Of a DNA stretch of 64,000 nucleotides, positions 51,938 through 60,009 are shown in pieces. The stretch is from Candidatus Parcubacteria bacterium (GTDB lineage Bacteria; Patescibacteriota; Patescibacteriia; Patescibacteriales; UBA12075): assembly GCA_963814275.1 (NCBI GenBank), contig CAWFCE010000002.1, forward strand, positions 811,263-875,262, given 5' to 3'. How positions within the stretch are numbered: the first letter of the stretch is position 1; each line of letters opens with the position of its first letter. The notes beneath the pieces are model-generated. The model ran no database searches, had not been told where the DNA came from, and was given only the letters and a program-made list of their open reading frames with translations. The translations under genes were made by a program, and so were the position numbers.

Positions 51938-52788
51938 ACAATAGTCCGTTTTTTAAGAAGCAGTAAATAACCCATCGTTACGGCGGCCAGCATAAAAAGA
52001 TAAAACAGTAATATATGGCGGCTTAATCCGATCAGGGCAATGCCGATAAGCGAAAGCATTGACGAAACTTGGACGAAGATATTGAAATGCAGGATATCCG
52101 GCAATATCATATGGCCGTAAACCGGCCAGGGAAGCCAGTTCGGGGAAGATATGCCTGGCGGATTGGCGGAATAATCCGACTCGATCGCATAGAACGGCTG
52201 CTCCGGAGAAATAGTTATCGGCCGTATAGCGGGAGAGGGGATATATGGGGCGCCTATGGCGGCATGGAAAACCGGCTGCCGGGGCGTGCCGAATTCCTGC
52301 ACGACCAAAGTGGTTTCGCGTCCCTGGAATTCGCCTTCCAATATGGCTACGCCGATCTCCGTGAATTTATCGTGAAGCAGGTTCTTTTTATGGGTCGGGG
52401 AGTCGAGCCAGGCCGATACCACCCCCTCGCTGCTCATGAAGTCCACGGCCAGATTTTCTCCCGCATAATTATATTCGTATCCGGCGGTTTTTATCCAGTA
52501 AGAAAAACTATTACCATCCAAGGTGTGCTGGAATTTTTGACTTTTGAGGATCGCCTGGCCCTTGTCGTAAGCCGCTTTTGTAAGCAGCTGGTTGGCGGTA
52601 AGCGCCGGCAGGCCAGCCTTACTACGGGTTTCGTTCGTAAGCTCAATGATTTTTTCGTCGGTTATGGTGGAAAGCGAGGCGATTTGCGGTAATAAAAAAA
52701 TCCCTAGAAGCACGAGCCATAGAGATATCCGGCACCAGCGCTGGCACCACAAAGATTTAAGCTGTAAAAAGGGGGCAATTCGCCTCAT
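51934..52788 (-). CDS. CAP/SCP (YkwD-like) domain protein with N- and C-terminal membrane segments
   Basis: NETRSKAGLPALTANQLLTKAAYDKG...GENLAVDF...VSAWLDSPTHKKNLL is the CAP-domain pattern. A hydrophobic C-terminal helix follows. Confidence 0.6.
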   Translation of the reverse strand: MRRIAPFLQLKSLWCQRWCRISLWLVLLGIFLLPQIASLSTITDEKIIELTNETRSKAGLPALTANQLLTKAAYDKGQAILKSQKFQHTLDGNSFSYWIKTAGYEYNYAGENLAVDFMSSEGVVSAWLDSPTHKKNLLHDKFTEIGVAILEGEFQGRETTLVVQEFGTPRQPVFHAAIGAPYIPSPAIRPITISPEQPFYAIESDYSANPPGISSPNWLPWPVYGHMILPDILHFNIFVQVSSMLSLIGIALIGLSRHILLFYLFMLAAVTMGYLLLLKKRTIV

Positions 52789-52949
52789 TTTATTTTTGTT
52801 TTTGTATTAGACTATTTTAATTTTTGTCTATTATAATTATAGCATATTTGTTAAATATAGGCAAGTGGAAAAGTTCTGAGCAATTACTTTTTTGAAGACT
52901 GGAAAAATTATATTTTTTAATAACCAATAACCAAACAAATTCCAATAAC

Positions 52950-53004
52950 CAATGGCCAAAATTCCAAACTGTTTGATTATAGGCTATTGGAATTTTGGGC
53001 ATTG
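52950..53004. repeat. 18-bp-stem hairpin (17/18) embedded in CCAA/TTGG heptamer-type repeats in a divergent promoter region
   Basis: CAATGGCCAAAATTCCAA (52950-52967) pairs with TTGGAATTTTGGGCATTG (52987-53004). It is flanked by AATAACCAATAACCAAAC on the left and CTTGGTTATTTGGTTAAT on the right. Confidence 0.7.
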
Positions 53005-53048
53005 TTTGCTTATTGCTTTTTGTAACTTGGTTATTTGGTTAATATTGT

Positions 53049-53672
53049 ATGACACTGATTGATGAATTAATCGAACGGGGATATTTGAAAACACCGGAGA
53101 TCATTGGCGCTTTTCGGAAGATCAAACGGGAGGATTTCGTGTTGCCCCAAGACCGAGGATATTCAGAAATCAACTCGCCGCTGCCGATCGGTTATGGGCA
53201 GACAATTTCCCAGCCGCTGACAGTCGCTTTCATGCTGGAGCTGCTCCAGCCGCAACCGGGGCAGAAAATATTGGATATCGGCGCCGGTTCAGGCTGGACC
53301 AGCGCGCTGCTGGCCGAGCTTGCCGGTAGCGATGGCCGTATATTCGGCATCGAACGCCTGCCGGAGCTTTGCCGTTTTGCCACAGACAACACCAGCCATT
53401 ACGGTTTTGCCGCCAGCGGGCAGATAGAGATAATCTGCGGTGATGGCGGCAGGGGATTGCCTGACAGGGCGCCTTTTGATAGAATATTAGTATCGGCTGC
53501 TTCGTCTGATATCCCCGAAGACCTGCCCAGACAGCTTGGCAGCGGCGGGCGGCTGGTAATACCGGTCGGCCCGATCGGGGAAAGTCAGGATATAGTACTG
53601 ATAACTAAAGATAAATCGGGGACAATAACCGAGGAAAGGCATCCCGGATTTGTTTTTGTGCCGCTTGTTTAA
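53049..53672 (+). CDS. pcm: Protein-L-isoaspartate O-methyltransferase
   Basis: GQTISQPLTVAFMLELL, ILDIGAGSGWTSALLAEL and GGRLVIPVG are the canonical PIMT motifs. Confidence 0.88.
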   Translation: MTLIDELIERGYLKTPEIIGAFRKIKREDFVLPQDRGYSEINSPLPIGYGQTISQPLTVAFMLELLQPQPGQKILDIGAGSGWTSALLAELAGSDGRIFGIERLPELCRFATDNTSHYGFAASGQIEIICGDGGRGLPDRAPFDRILVSAASSDIPEDLPRQLGSGGRLVIPVGPIGESQDIVLITKDKSGTITEERHPGFVFVPLV

Positions 53673-53699
53673 ATTTTAAATAGTATATAAGACAATATT

Positions 53700-54779
53700 A
53701 TGAAAGCAGTTATTTTCGCTGGTGGAATCGGGTCCAGAATGTGGCCGCTTAGCCGAAAAAATAATCCCAAGCAATTTCAGTTGCTGATCGGGCGGCGCTC
53801 TATTTTCCAGCAAACAATCGATCGTGTTAAATTGGGTTTTAAGGCCAAGGATATTTTCATTTCGACCGGGCAGGAGTATGAAGATATTATCAAAGAACAG
53901 GTTCCCGAAATTCCCGAAAGCAATCTTATATTGGAACCGGAAAGAAGGGATAGTCTGGGAGCGGTTGGTTTTGCGACAGCTTTTATCCACAAGAAATTTC
54001 CGGGTGCGACCATTGCCGCGATTTGGGGCGCTGACCATTTGGTTGAAGATAATAAATCATTCATCAAGGCTATTGAAATAGCCGGTGAAGTAGCCGAGAA
54101 AAACCAGAAAATATGCAAAATCGACACGCGCCCGACGTTTCCCAGCACTTACAACGGCTGGGTTGAGATCGGTAAACAAGTGCAAAAGATCGATGGCCAT
54201 GATGTTTACGAATTTGTCCGGTTTATCGAAAAGCCCGATGATAAAAAAGCTCGCCAGCTATTCCGTTCCGTGAAATATTTGATTAATGTCGGTTATATGG
54301 TGTGGCCGGCGAAAGTAATGTTGGAATTATACAAAAAACATACCCCCGAAACATACCGGCATTTGGAAACGATTATGGCTGCTATAGGCACAAGGCAAGA
54401 AAAAGCAGTTTTGAAGAAGGAATACAAAAAAATAGAAAAGGATTCGGTCGATTACGGTATTTTCGAAAAATTAAAACGCGGCGATATGTTGGTAATTCCC
54501 ACGGATATGGGTTGGACCGATATCGGTACCTGGGGCCTCTTGTATTCCGGTTTGGCTAAAGAGGAAGACGAGAATATCACCCAGGGCAATGTTGAGTTGA
54601 TCGATAGCGGGGGGAATCTGGTATGGAGCACCAGAAACAAAACAATTGCGCTGGTTGGCGTAAAAGACATAGTAGTGGTCGATTCAGCCGATTCAATATT
54701 GATTTGCCACCGTAACAAAACCGGGGATATAAAAAAATTAGTAGAATATTTGAAGAAAAATAACAAGAAATTGGTATAG
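53700..54779 (+). CDS. Mannose-1-phosphate guanylyltransferase-like nucleotidyltransferase (no PMI domain)
   Basis: MKAVIFAGGIGSRMWPLSRKNNPKQF and LILEPERRDS; then later GWTDIGTW. This is the ManC/CpsB N-terminal family pattern. Confidence 0.7.
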   Translation: MKAVIFAGGIGSRMWPLSRKNNPKQFQLLIGRRSIFQQTIDRVKLGFKAKDIFISTGQEYEDIIKEQVPEIPESNLILEPERRDSLGAVGFATAFIHKKFPGATIAAIWGADHLVEDNKSFIKAIEIAGEVAEKNQKICKIDTRPTFPSTYNGWVEIGKQVQKIDGHDVYEFVRFIEKPDDKKARQLFRSVKYLINVGYMVWPAKVMLELYKKHTPETYRHLETIMAAIGTRQEKAVLKKEYKKIEKDSVDYGIFEKLKRGDMLVIPTDMGWTDIGTWGLLYSGLAKEEDENITQGNVELIDSGGNLVWSTRNKTIALVGVKDIVVVDSADSILICHRNKTGDIKKLVEYLKKNNKKLV

Positions 54780-54792
54780 GTCAAAATTGATT

Positions 54793-55821
54793 ATGAAATT
54801 AACCATCAAAACATTAATAGTATTGATTTTGATAATTTCCGTGATCGGCTATGGTTATTATCTGAAAAAGACAAATTCCATAGCCGGACCCAGTGAAGAT
54901 AAAGTTTATTTTGTTATCAATTCCGGCGATACCGTCGATGCGATCGCCCAGAATCTTTTCGATTCCGGTCTAATTATTTCGCCCCTGGCATTCAAGATAT
55001 ATGTCTGGCGGCAGGGTCTGGATAATAAGCTGCAGGCCGGTAATTATGATTTGTGGCCCAGTCTGAAATTGAAAGATATCGCCGACCTGATCGCGAACGG
55101 GCAGGCGGTCAGCCGGGAGCGGACCATTCGACTGATCGAAGGCTGGACGATCGATGACATCGACGCCTACTTAGCCAAAGAAGGCATCACGACAGCCGGC
55201 GATATTACCGCCATTGCCGGAAACCAGGTTTCTGACTGGCCCGATGCATTGGACCGCCCCGCCTTCATCGATGAATTGCCGCCGACCGCGACGCTGGAAG
55301 GCTATCTCTTTCCCGATACATACCGCATATTTTCCGACTCGAGCGCCTATGATATCATTGCCAAACAATTGGCCAATTTCGAAGACCGGATACCGGACGA
55401 ATGGCAGGAAGAGATGAAACGGCAGGGGCGGTCTTTGCCTGAGACCATTACGATGGCCTCGATAATAGAGAAAGAGGTCAAAGGGGCGAAGGATATGAAA
55501 ATAGTCGCCGGCATACTGTATGAGCGTTTGCGTCTGGGTATGCGGCTGGAAGTCGATTCGACTATCAATTACATCACCGGCAAAAATGACGCGCAAGCAG
55601 CGCTGACAGACTTGGAAATAAACTCACCTTACAATACTTACCGCAATTACGGCTTGCCGCCCGGACCGATCTCCAATCCCGGATTGAACGCGATCGAAGC
55701 GGCCATATATCCCGAAGAATCGGAATATTTGTTTTATCTCAATCGGCAAGACACCGGAGAGACGATTTTCAGCAAAACCTACGCCGAACATATACGAAAC
55801 AAACAGATTTACCTGAAATAA
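54793..55821 (+). CDS. mltG: Endolytic murein transglycosylase MltG (YceG-like)
   Basis: N-terminal TM helix. EGYLFPDTY, ASIIEKE, SPYNTYRNYGLPPGPISNPG. The ATG at 54793 is preferred over the TTG at 54787. Confidence 0.88.
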   Translation: MKLTIKTLIVLILIISVIGYGYYLKKTNSIAGPSEDKVYFVINSGDTVDAIAQNLFDSGLIISPLAFKIYVWRQGLDNKLQAGNYDLWPSLKLKDIADLIANGQAVSRERTIRLIEGWTIDDIDAYLAKEGITTAGDITAIAGNQVSDWPDALDRPAFIDELPPTATLEGYLFPDTYRIFSDSSAYDIIAKQLANFEDRIPDEWQEEMKRQGRSLPETITMASIIEKEVKGAKDMKIVAGILYERLRLGMRLEVDSTINYITGKNDAQAALTDLEINSPYNTYRNYGLPPGPISNPGLNAIEAAIYPEESEYLFYLNRQDTGETIFSKTYAEHIRNKQIYLK

Positions 55822-55825
55822 ATCG

Positions 55826-55851
55826 AAAAACAGCTTTCAAAGCTGTTTTTT
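55826..55851 (+). terminator. Rho-independent terminator after mltG
   Basis: AAAAACAGCTT-TCA-AAGCTGTTTTTT. Confidence 0.7.
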
Positions 55852-55990
55852 GATAGATAAAGGCCTTTTGTGCTATAATATATTTATTAAGCAAAAGATA
55901 TAGATTATTCCAATGTTTAAGCATAGCATTTAAATCACGAGTATCCGGAAGGAAAATAAAAGCAGATAGCATAAATAAAATTTAAAAATG

Positions 55991-56025
55991 CTGTTATCTG
56001 TTATCTGTTATCTGCAATCTGTTGT
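55991..56025. repeat. Tandem heptamer array (CTGTTAT x3, CTGCAAT, CTGTTGT)
   Basis: ctgttat|ctgttat|ctgttat|ctgcaat|ctgttgt. The unit is the same as at 413-441. It lies 78 nt upstream of the 56104 start. Confidence 0.75.
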
Positions 56026-56103
56026 CCATTCTAAACCTATTAATGTAATAACATTGAATAACTAATTATCAATATATAAGAGATAAATCATAACGTTAAG
56101 TAA

Positions 56104-58467
56104 ATGTTTGTCGAAAAAGGCAAGGCCAAACCGGCGCCCAAACCAGGACCGATAGATGCCGGCGCGCACAATCCATTTGTGGTTGAATCGCGTGAAAACA
56201 CGATTACTCTTCATACCCGCTTGATCATTTATAGCGTTTTGGGAACGGCTGTTTTGGCGTGCCTTGGTATAATATACATATTTTTACCGAAAACAAAGCC
56301 GATTGTTTATGAAACAGTGCCCGTAAACCGGACGCAAACGGCGACATCGAGCGGTCGCTTGCCTTTAATGGACGGAAATGGCAATGAAAACAACCATGGA
56401 AGCAGTACATTGACTGATCTGAAAGCGGAGTTTATCACTTTTGGCGATTTTTACATTCCGCCCCAGACAGCATCGCTGGCGCTCGCGGAAGATTATAATT
56501 TACCCCTCAACGTAAAATCGGACGTGATCAATTATTATGAATTATCCCGTAAGTTGAATCTTGATCCCTATCTTGAAGATCTGAATAATCAGGGATTCGC
56601 GATCATTGACGACGCCCCGTTCATAAAATCGGCAGAATTTTACGATACTTACCGGGAATTGCTGAACGAAGAAATTCCTGTGGTAATCACGAAAGATTTT
56701 ATCGTTTATTATTTTCAGAACGAAGTCAAACAAGTCTACAAAGAAGTCCAGAAGAGCGTGTTTTACGATAATGTTTGGCAGATATTCCACGATCTTTACA
56801 AGGTGGCCCTGGCGCGCTACATGGACCGGCTGGAAAAAACCGGCCTGGTCAATGACCCGGTATTGGAAGGCCAGCGACTGGCGACCGCGTATTATGCCAT
56901 GACCCTGAAACTTTTGATGCCGGAGGCCAGCCAGATTAACGGCAAAACCGGATTGGCTGACGCTAACCGGTTTACCGAAAAGGATTTATCAACATATACT
57001 TTCGATATGCCCGAAGAGATTGCCACGGAAGTGGATAGTGAATTCCAATTGGTAGGCCGGGCCGGCGGCAAAGTAAAATCACCGCTTTTGTTGTATACAG
57101 TTGACTATAGCCGCTATGCCGTCCCCGGTGATTACCAGGCAAATATGAAATTAAATAATTTTTACCGCGCTATCAAATGGCTCAATACGGTTTTCCCGGT
57201 CGATTACATAAGCGATGATTGTCCAAACTGTCTGCTGGACCATGATGACTGGCAGATAAATATGATCGCCGGCGCCTATATCACGAAAGACCTGTCGGAC
57301 GAGCAAGAACTCAAGAATTTGTGGGCGATGGTTTATAAATTTATTGCCTTTTTTTCCGGATTAAGGACCGAGTTGACGTACCTCGACTATCGGTCCGTAT
57401 ATGACGAAGTATTCGGCCGGGACTTTGCCGTGGATCGGGCCTTTTCCAAAGATAATCCCAACCGCGAGGATCAAACAGATGAATTCCGGCAGAAGATAAA
57501 AGCGATCACCTTTGCGCCGATTGAAGGCGGCCTGGACCGGGCGGACGAAACGAACCGGCCATATATCGGCATGCGCCTTTTGCAGGAGCCGTTTTGGCCC
57601 AATGATTATTTATTGGACCAATTGACCGGTAAGGATTTGAAATTTACGCTGATTCCCGGGCAAAAGCCCCCGTTAACGAATTGCGGCGGCAATTACCGGT
57701 GCCGTGCTATCGGTTTGGACCTGTTGAACTTGCTGGAACCGCAAAACCAGAATCAATATTTTCTGGATAACAGCGATTATTCCGGCTATGACGATCGGGT
57801 TCGCCTGCTCAAGAAGGAATTATCAACCTTTGACCGTAATGCCTGGAATAATAATATTTATTGGTCAACGCTTGACCTGCTGAAGCCCATCCTGTCATAC
57901 GATATGTCCGAAATGCCTGCTTTTACGAATTCCGCCTGGGTCCTTGACCGTGACGACAATTCCGCGTTGGCGGCCTGGGTCAATCTTCATTTACCCGCTG
58001 ACGAAATCGATATTTATTCCGAAGATTTCGAAGCAAATAATTTGGGAGTATACAAAGAATGTAATTTGCGCAACTATATCGAACCGAACCGGAATTTGCT
58101 TAATGTTTTGACAGCCAAGTCAGATATGCTAAGCGGCATGATCGAAGCACTTGGAGTCGGCGAAAAAACCAATACCGCGATAATCGAATTGAGGGAGCTC
58201 AAAGCCAAGATAGATGAATTATATTCTATAATGGAAAAAGAAATTTCCGGTACCCAGCTTAACGCGGATGACTGCAAGATAATCAAAGATTTCAGCACCA
58301 GATACCAGGTCAAACGAAAAGGGGAACGCTCATTTTCCGTGAATTTCAGCAGCGGTAATGCTTTACGTACCAATTTGAATGATATAAATGCCGTTATTCT
58401 GATATACAAGAGTAATGGTGAAAACATATTAGCGGTCGGACCAATCTTCAATTACAGTGAACATTAG
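56104..58467 (+). CDS. Large membrane-anchored hypothetical protein
   Basis: 787-aa ORF with one TM helix (LIIYSVLGTAVLACLGIIYIFL) after a short cytoplasmic N-terminus. No motif that I can name. Confidence 0.75.
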   Translation: MFVEKGKAKPAPKPGPIDAGAHNPFVVESRENTITLHTRLIIYSVLGTAVLACLGIIYIFLPKTKPIVYETVPVNRTQTATSSGRLPLMDGNGNENNHGSSTLTDLKAEFITFGDFYIPPQTASLALAEDYNLPLNVKSDVINYYELSRKLNLDPYLEDLNNQGFAIIDDAPFIKSAEFYDTYRELLNEEIPVVITKDFIVYYFQNEVKQVYKEVQKSVFYDNVWQIFHDLYKVALARYMDRLEKTGLVNDPVLEGQRLATAYYAMTLKLLMPEASQINGKTGLADANRFTEKDLSTYTFDMPEEIATEVDSEFQLVGRAGGKVKSPLLLYTVDYSRYAVPGDYQANMKLNNFYRAIKWLNTVFPVDYISDDCPNCLLDHDDWQINMIAGAYITKDLSDEQELKNLWAMVYKFIAFFSGLRTELTYLDYRSVYDEVFGRDFAVDRAFSKDNPNREDQTDEFRQKIKAITFAPIEGGLDRADETNRPYIGMRLLQEPFWPNDYLLDQLTGKDLKFTLIPGQKPPLTNCGGNYRCRAIGLDLLNLLEPQNQNQYFLDNSDYSGYDDRVRLLKKELSTFDRNAWNNNIYWSTLDLLKPILSYDMSEMPAFTNSAWVLDRDDNSALAAWVNLHLPADEIDIYSEDFEANNLGVYKECNLRNYIEPNRNLLNVLTAKSDMLSGMIEALGVGEKTNTAIIELRELKAKIDELYSIMEKEISGTQLNADDCKIIKDFSTRYQVKRKGERSFSVNFSSGNALRTNLNDINAVILIYKSNGENILAVGPIFNYSEH

Positions 58468-58500
58468 CAGTTTTTGCTAATATTAAAAGCGATTATTAAC

Positions 58501-58528
58501 TTGACAAAACTATCGATTATGGTAGAAT
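58501..58528 (+). promoter_or_regulatory. Candidate sigma70-type promoter with an extended -10 (TTGACA-16 nt-TGgTAGAAT)
   Basis: TTGACA lies at 58501-58506 and TAGAAT at 58523-58528, preceded by TGG. It is about 250 nt upstream of rplJ. Confidence 0.55.
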
Positions 58529-58541
58529 AAAACAATAATTT

Positions 58542-58633
58542 ACACCACAGACAGCAGGCATTACGCCAGTATATAAGACCCGCCGAGGTGAGACCGCTAT
58601 GCAATATAGCTGGATTTTACTTGAATGTGGTGT
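58542..58633 (+). promoter_or_regulatory. Structured 5' leader of rplJ (possible L10-leader-type autoregulatory element)
   Basis: ACACCACA (58542-58549) pairs with TGTGGTGT (58626-58633) and encloses about 76 nt. A U-run (TTTTTTATTTT) follows. The position between promoter and rplJ fits the L10 leader. The fold was not checked against a covariance model. Confidence 0.3.
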
Positions 58634-58777
58634 TTGCCGCATTTTTTATTTTCTAGCGAAAGATCGGATTAATTTTGAGATTATGAAATTGATCCGTAGC
58701 TTAGAGGGGTATCGGCTGTTTAAATTGAGAAGAAGCATTCAAAAGAAGCAGTTATATTTATAATTCATGATTATTAT

Positions 58778-59305
58778 ATGGCAAAGTCAAAAGTACAAAA
58801 AAAAGACATTCTGAACGATTTGCGCGACAAACTGGAACGCGCGCGCACTGTCGTATTTGCCGGCTTCGACAAGCTCACGGTGGGTGAAAATAATGAGCTT
58901 CGTCAGCTGCTCAAAAAAGAGCAAAGCGAATATGTGGTGGCCAAAAAGACTTTATTGCAGATGGCACTCAAGGAAAAGGCGGGTTTGGAGATCGACTCCA
59001 AGGAGTTGGCGGGTAAGGTAGCGGCGGTATTCGGCTATGGCGACGAAGTGGCGCCGGCAAAAGTACTGGCCGGTTTTATGAAGACCCATGAGGAACGCTT
59101 GAGTTTTTCGGGCGGGATCCTTGAGGGAAAATTCATTGGCGCCGAGGCCGTAAAGCAGCTATCCCAATTGCCGGGCAAACAGGAGCTTTATGCAAAAATG
59201 GTCGGTTCATTGAACGCGCCCATTTCGGGATTCGCCAATGTCCTGGCGGGAAATTTGCGGAAGTTCGTCTATGCCCTGAACGCGATCAAAGACAGCAAGG
59301 AATAG
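58778..59305 (+). CDS. rplJ: 50S ribosomal protein L10
   Basis: 175 aa. The pattern KKDILNDLRDKLERARTVVFAGFDKLTVGENNELRQLLKKEQSEYVVAKKTL is typical of L10, and the gene lies directly upstream of rplL. Confidence 0.9.
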   Translation: MAKSKVQKKDILNDLRDKLERARTVVFAGFDKLTVGENNELRQLLKKEQSEYVVAKKTLLQMALKEKAGLEIDSKELAGKVAAVFGYGDEVAPAKVLAGFMKTHEERLSFSGGILEGKFIGAEAVKQLSQLPGKQELYAKMVGSLNAPISGFANVLAGNLRKFVYALNAIKDSKE

Positions 59306-59419
59306 TTTATTTGCGGTAACACGCAGTTTGCGGGTTCGAAGTGAAATTAATAACAAAATATTTTAAATAATTACCAATTTTCAATTAATAACTAAAAGAC
59401 TAACTATTCAATTAAATTT

Positions 59420-59860
59420 ATGACAGAAGAAAAAACCAATGAAGCGGCAGCCGCTGAAGAGAAAAAGGACGTGGTAGTGCCGGACAAATTCAAAACATTA
59501 GTGGAGCAGGTCGAAAAAATGTCCGTCATGGATCTGGCCGAACTGGTCAAGATCCTCGAGGATAAATTCGGCGTTTCCGCCGCCGCCCCGGCAATGATGA
59601 TGGGCGGGATGATGCCCGGAGCGGGCGCGGTTGCCGAAGTAGAGGAAAAAGACAGCTTCGATATCGAGCTGACCGAAGCCGGCGGCAACAAGATCGGTGT
59701 CATTAAGGCGGTCCGCGCGGTAACCGAAATGGGCCTGAAGGATGCCAAGGATCTGGTTGACGGCGCGCCGAAGATGGTCAGGGAAGGCGTCAAGAAAGAA
59801 GAAGCCGAAGAGATCAAAAAGAAACTCGAAGAAGCCGGCGCCAAAGTAACTTTGAAATAA
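59420..59860 (+). CDS. rplL: 50S ribosomal protein L7/L12
   Basis: [24 protein letters not shown], an Ala/Gly/Met hinge, then [29 protein letters not shown]...EAGAKVTLK. There is a ~20-aa acidic N-terminal extension. Confidence 0.95.
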   Translation: MTEEKTNEAAAAEEKKDVVVPDKFKTLVEQVEKMSVMDLAELVKILEDKFGVSAAAPAMMMGGMMPGAGAVAEVEEKDSFDIELTEAGGNKIGVIKAVRAVTEMGLKDAKDLVDGAPKMVREGVKKEEAEEIKKKLEEAGAKVTLK

Positions 59861-59881
59861 TCCAACCGATTTAATTAAAAA

Positions 59882-59911
59882 ACACCTCCGATAATGTTCG
59901 GAGGTGTTTTT
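59882..59911. terminator. Bidirectional rho-independent terminator (rplL / convergent 60010 gene)
   Basis: AAAAA-ACACCTCCGA-TAATGT-TCGGAGGTGT-TTTT. The stem is 10 bp. Confidence 0.8.
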
Positions 59912-59955
59912 GTATTGTTGGATGGATCAATACCCGTATGATCCGAAAGATAATA

Positions 59956-59978
59956 AATAACCAAACAGTTTGGTTATT
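59956..59978. repeat. Perfect 11-bp palindrome of the AATAACCAA/TTGGTTATT repeat family
   Basis: AATAACCAAAC-A-GTTTGGTTATT. A further TTGGTTATT lies at 59991-59999. The same words occur at 52919-52936 and 53028-53040. Confidence 0.75.
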
Positions 59979-60009
59979 GTGTCTTGGCAGTTGGTTATTT
60001 AAACACGGT

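Noticed and set aside
52817-53002. 61-aa minus-strand ORF in the CAP/pcm intergenic region
   Set aside because: It is composed of the CCAA/TTGG palindromic repeats (translation ...VWNFGHWLLEFVWLLVIKK...). It is more parsimoniously explained as non-coding repeat DNA.
59404-59865. 153-aa minus-strand ORF
   Set aside because: It is exactly antisense to rplL. The L7/L12 reading is unambiguous.
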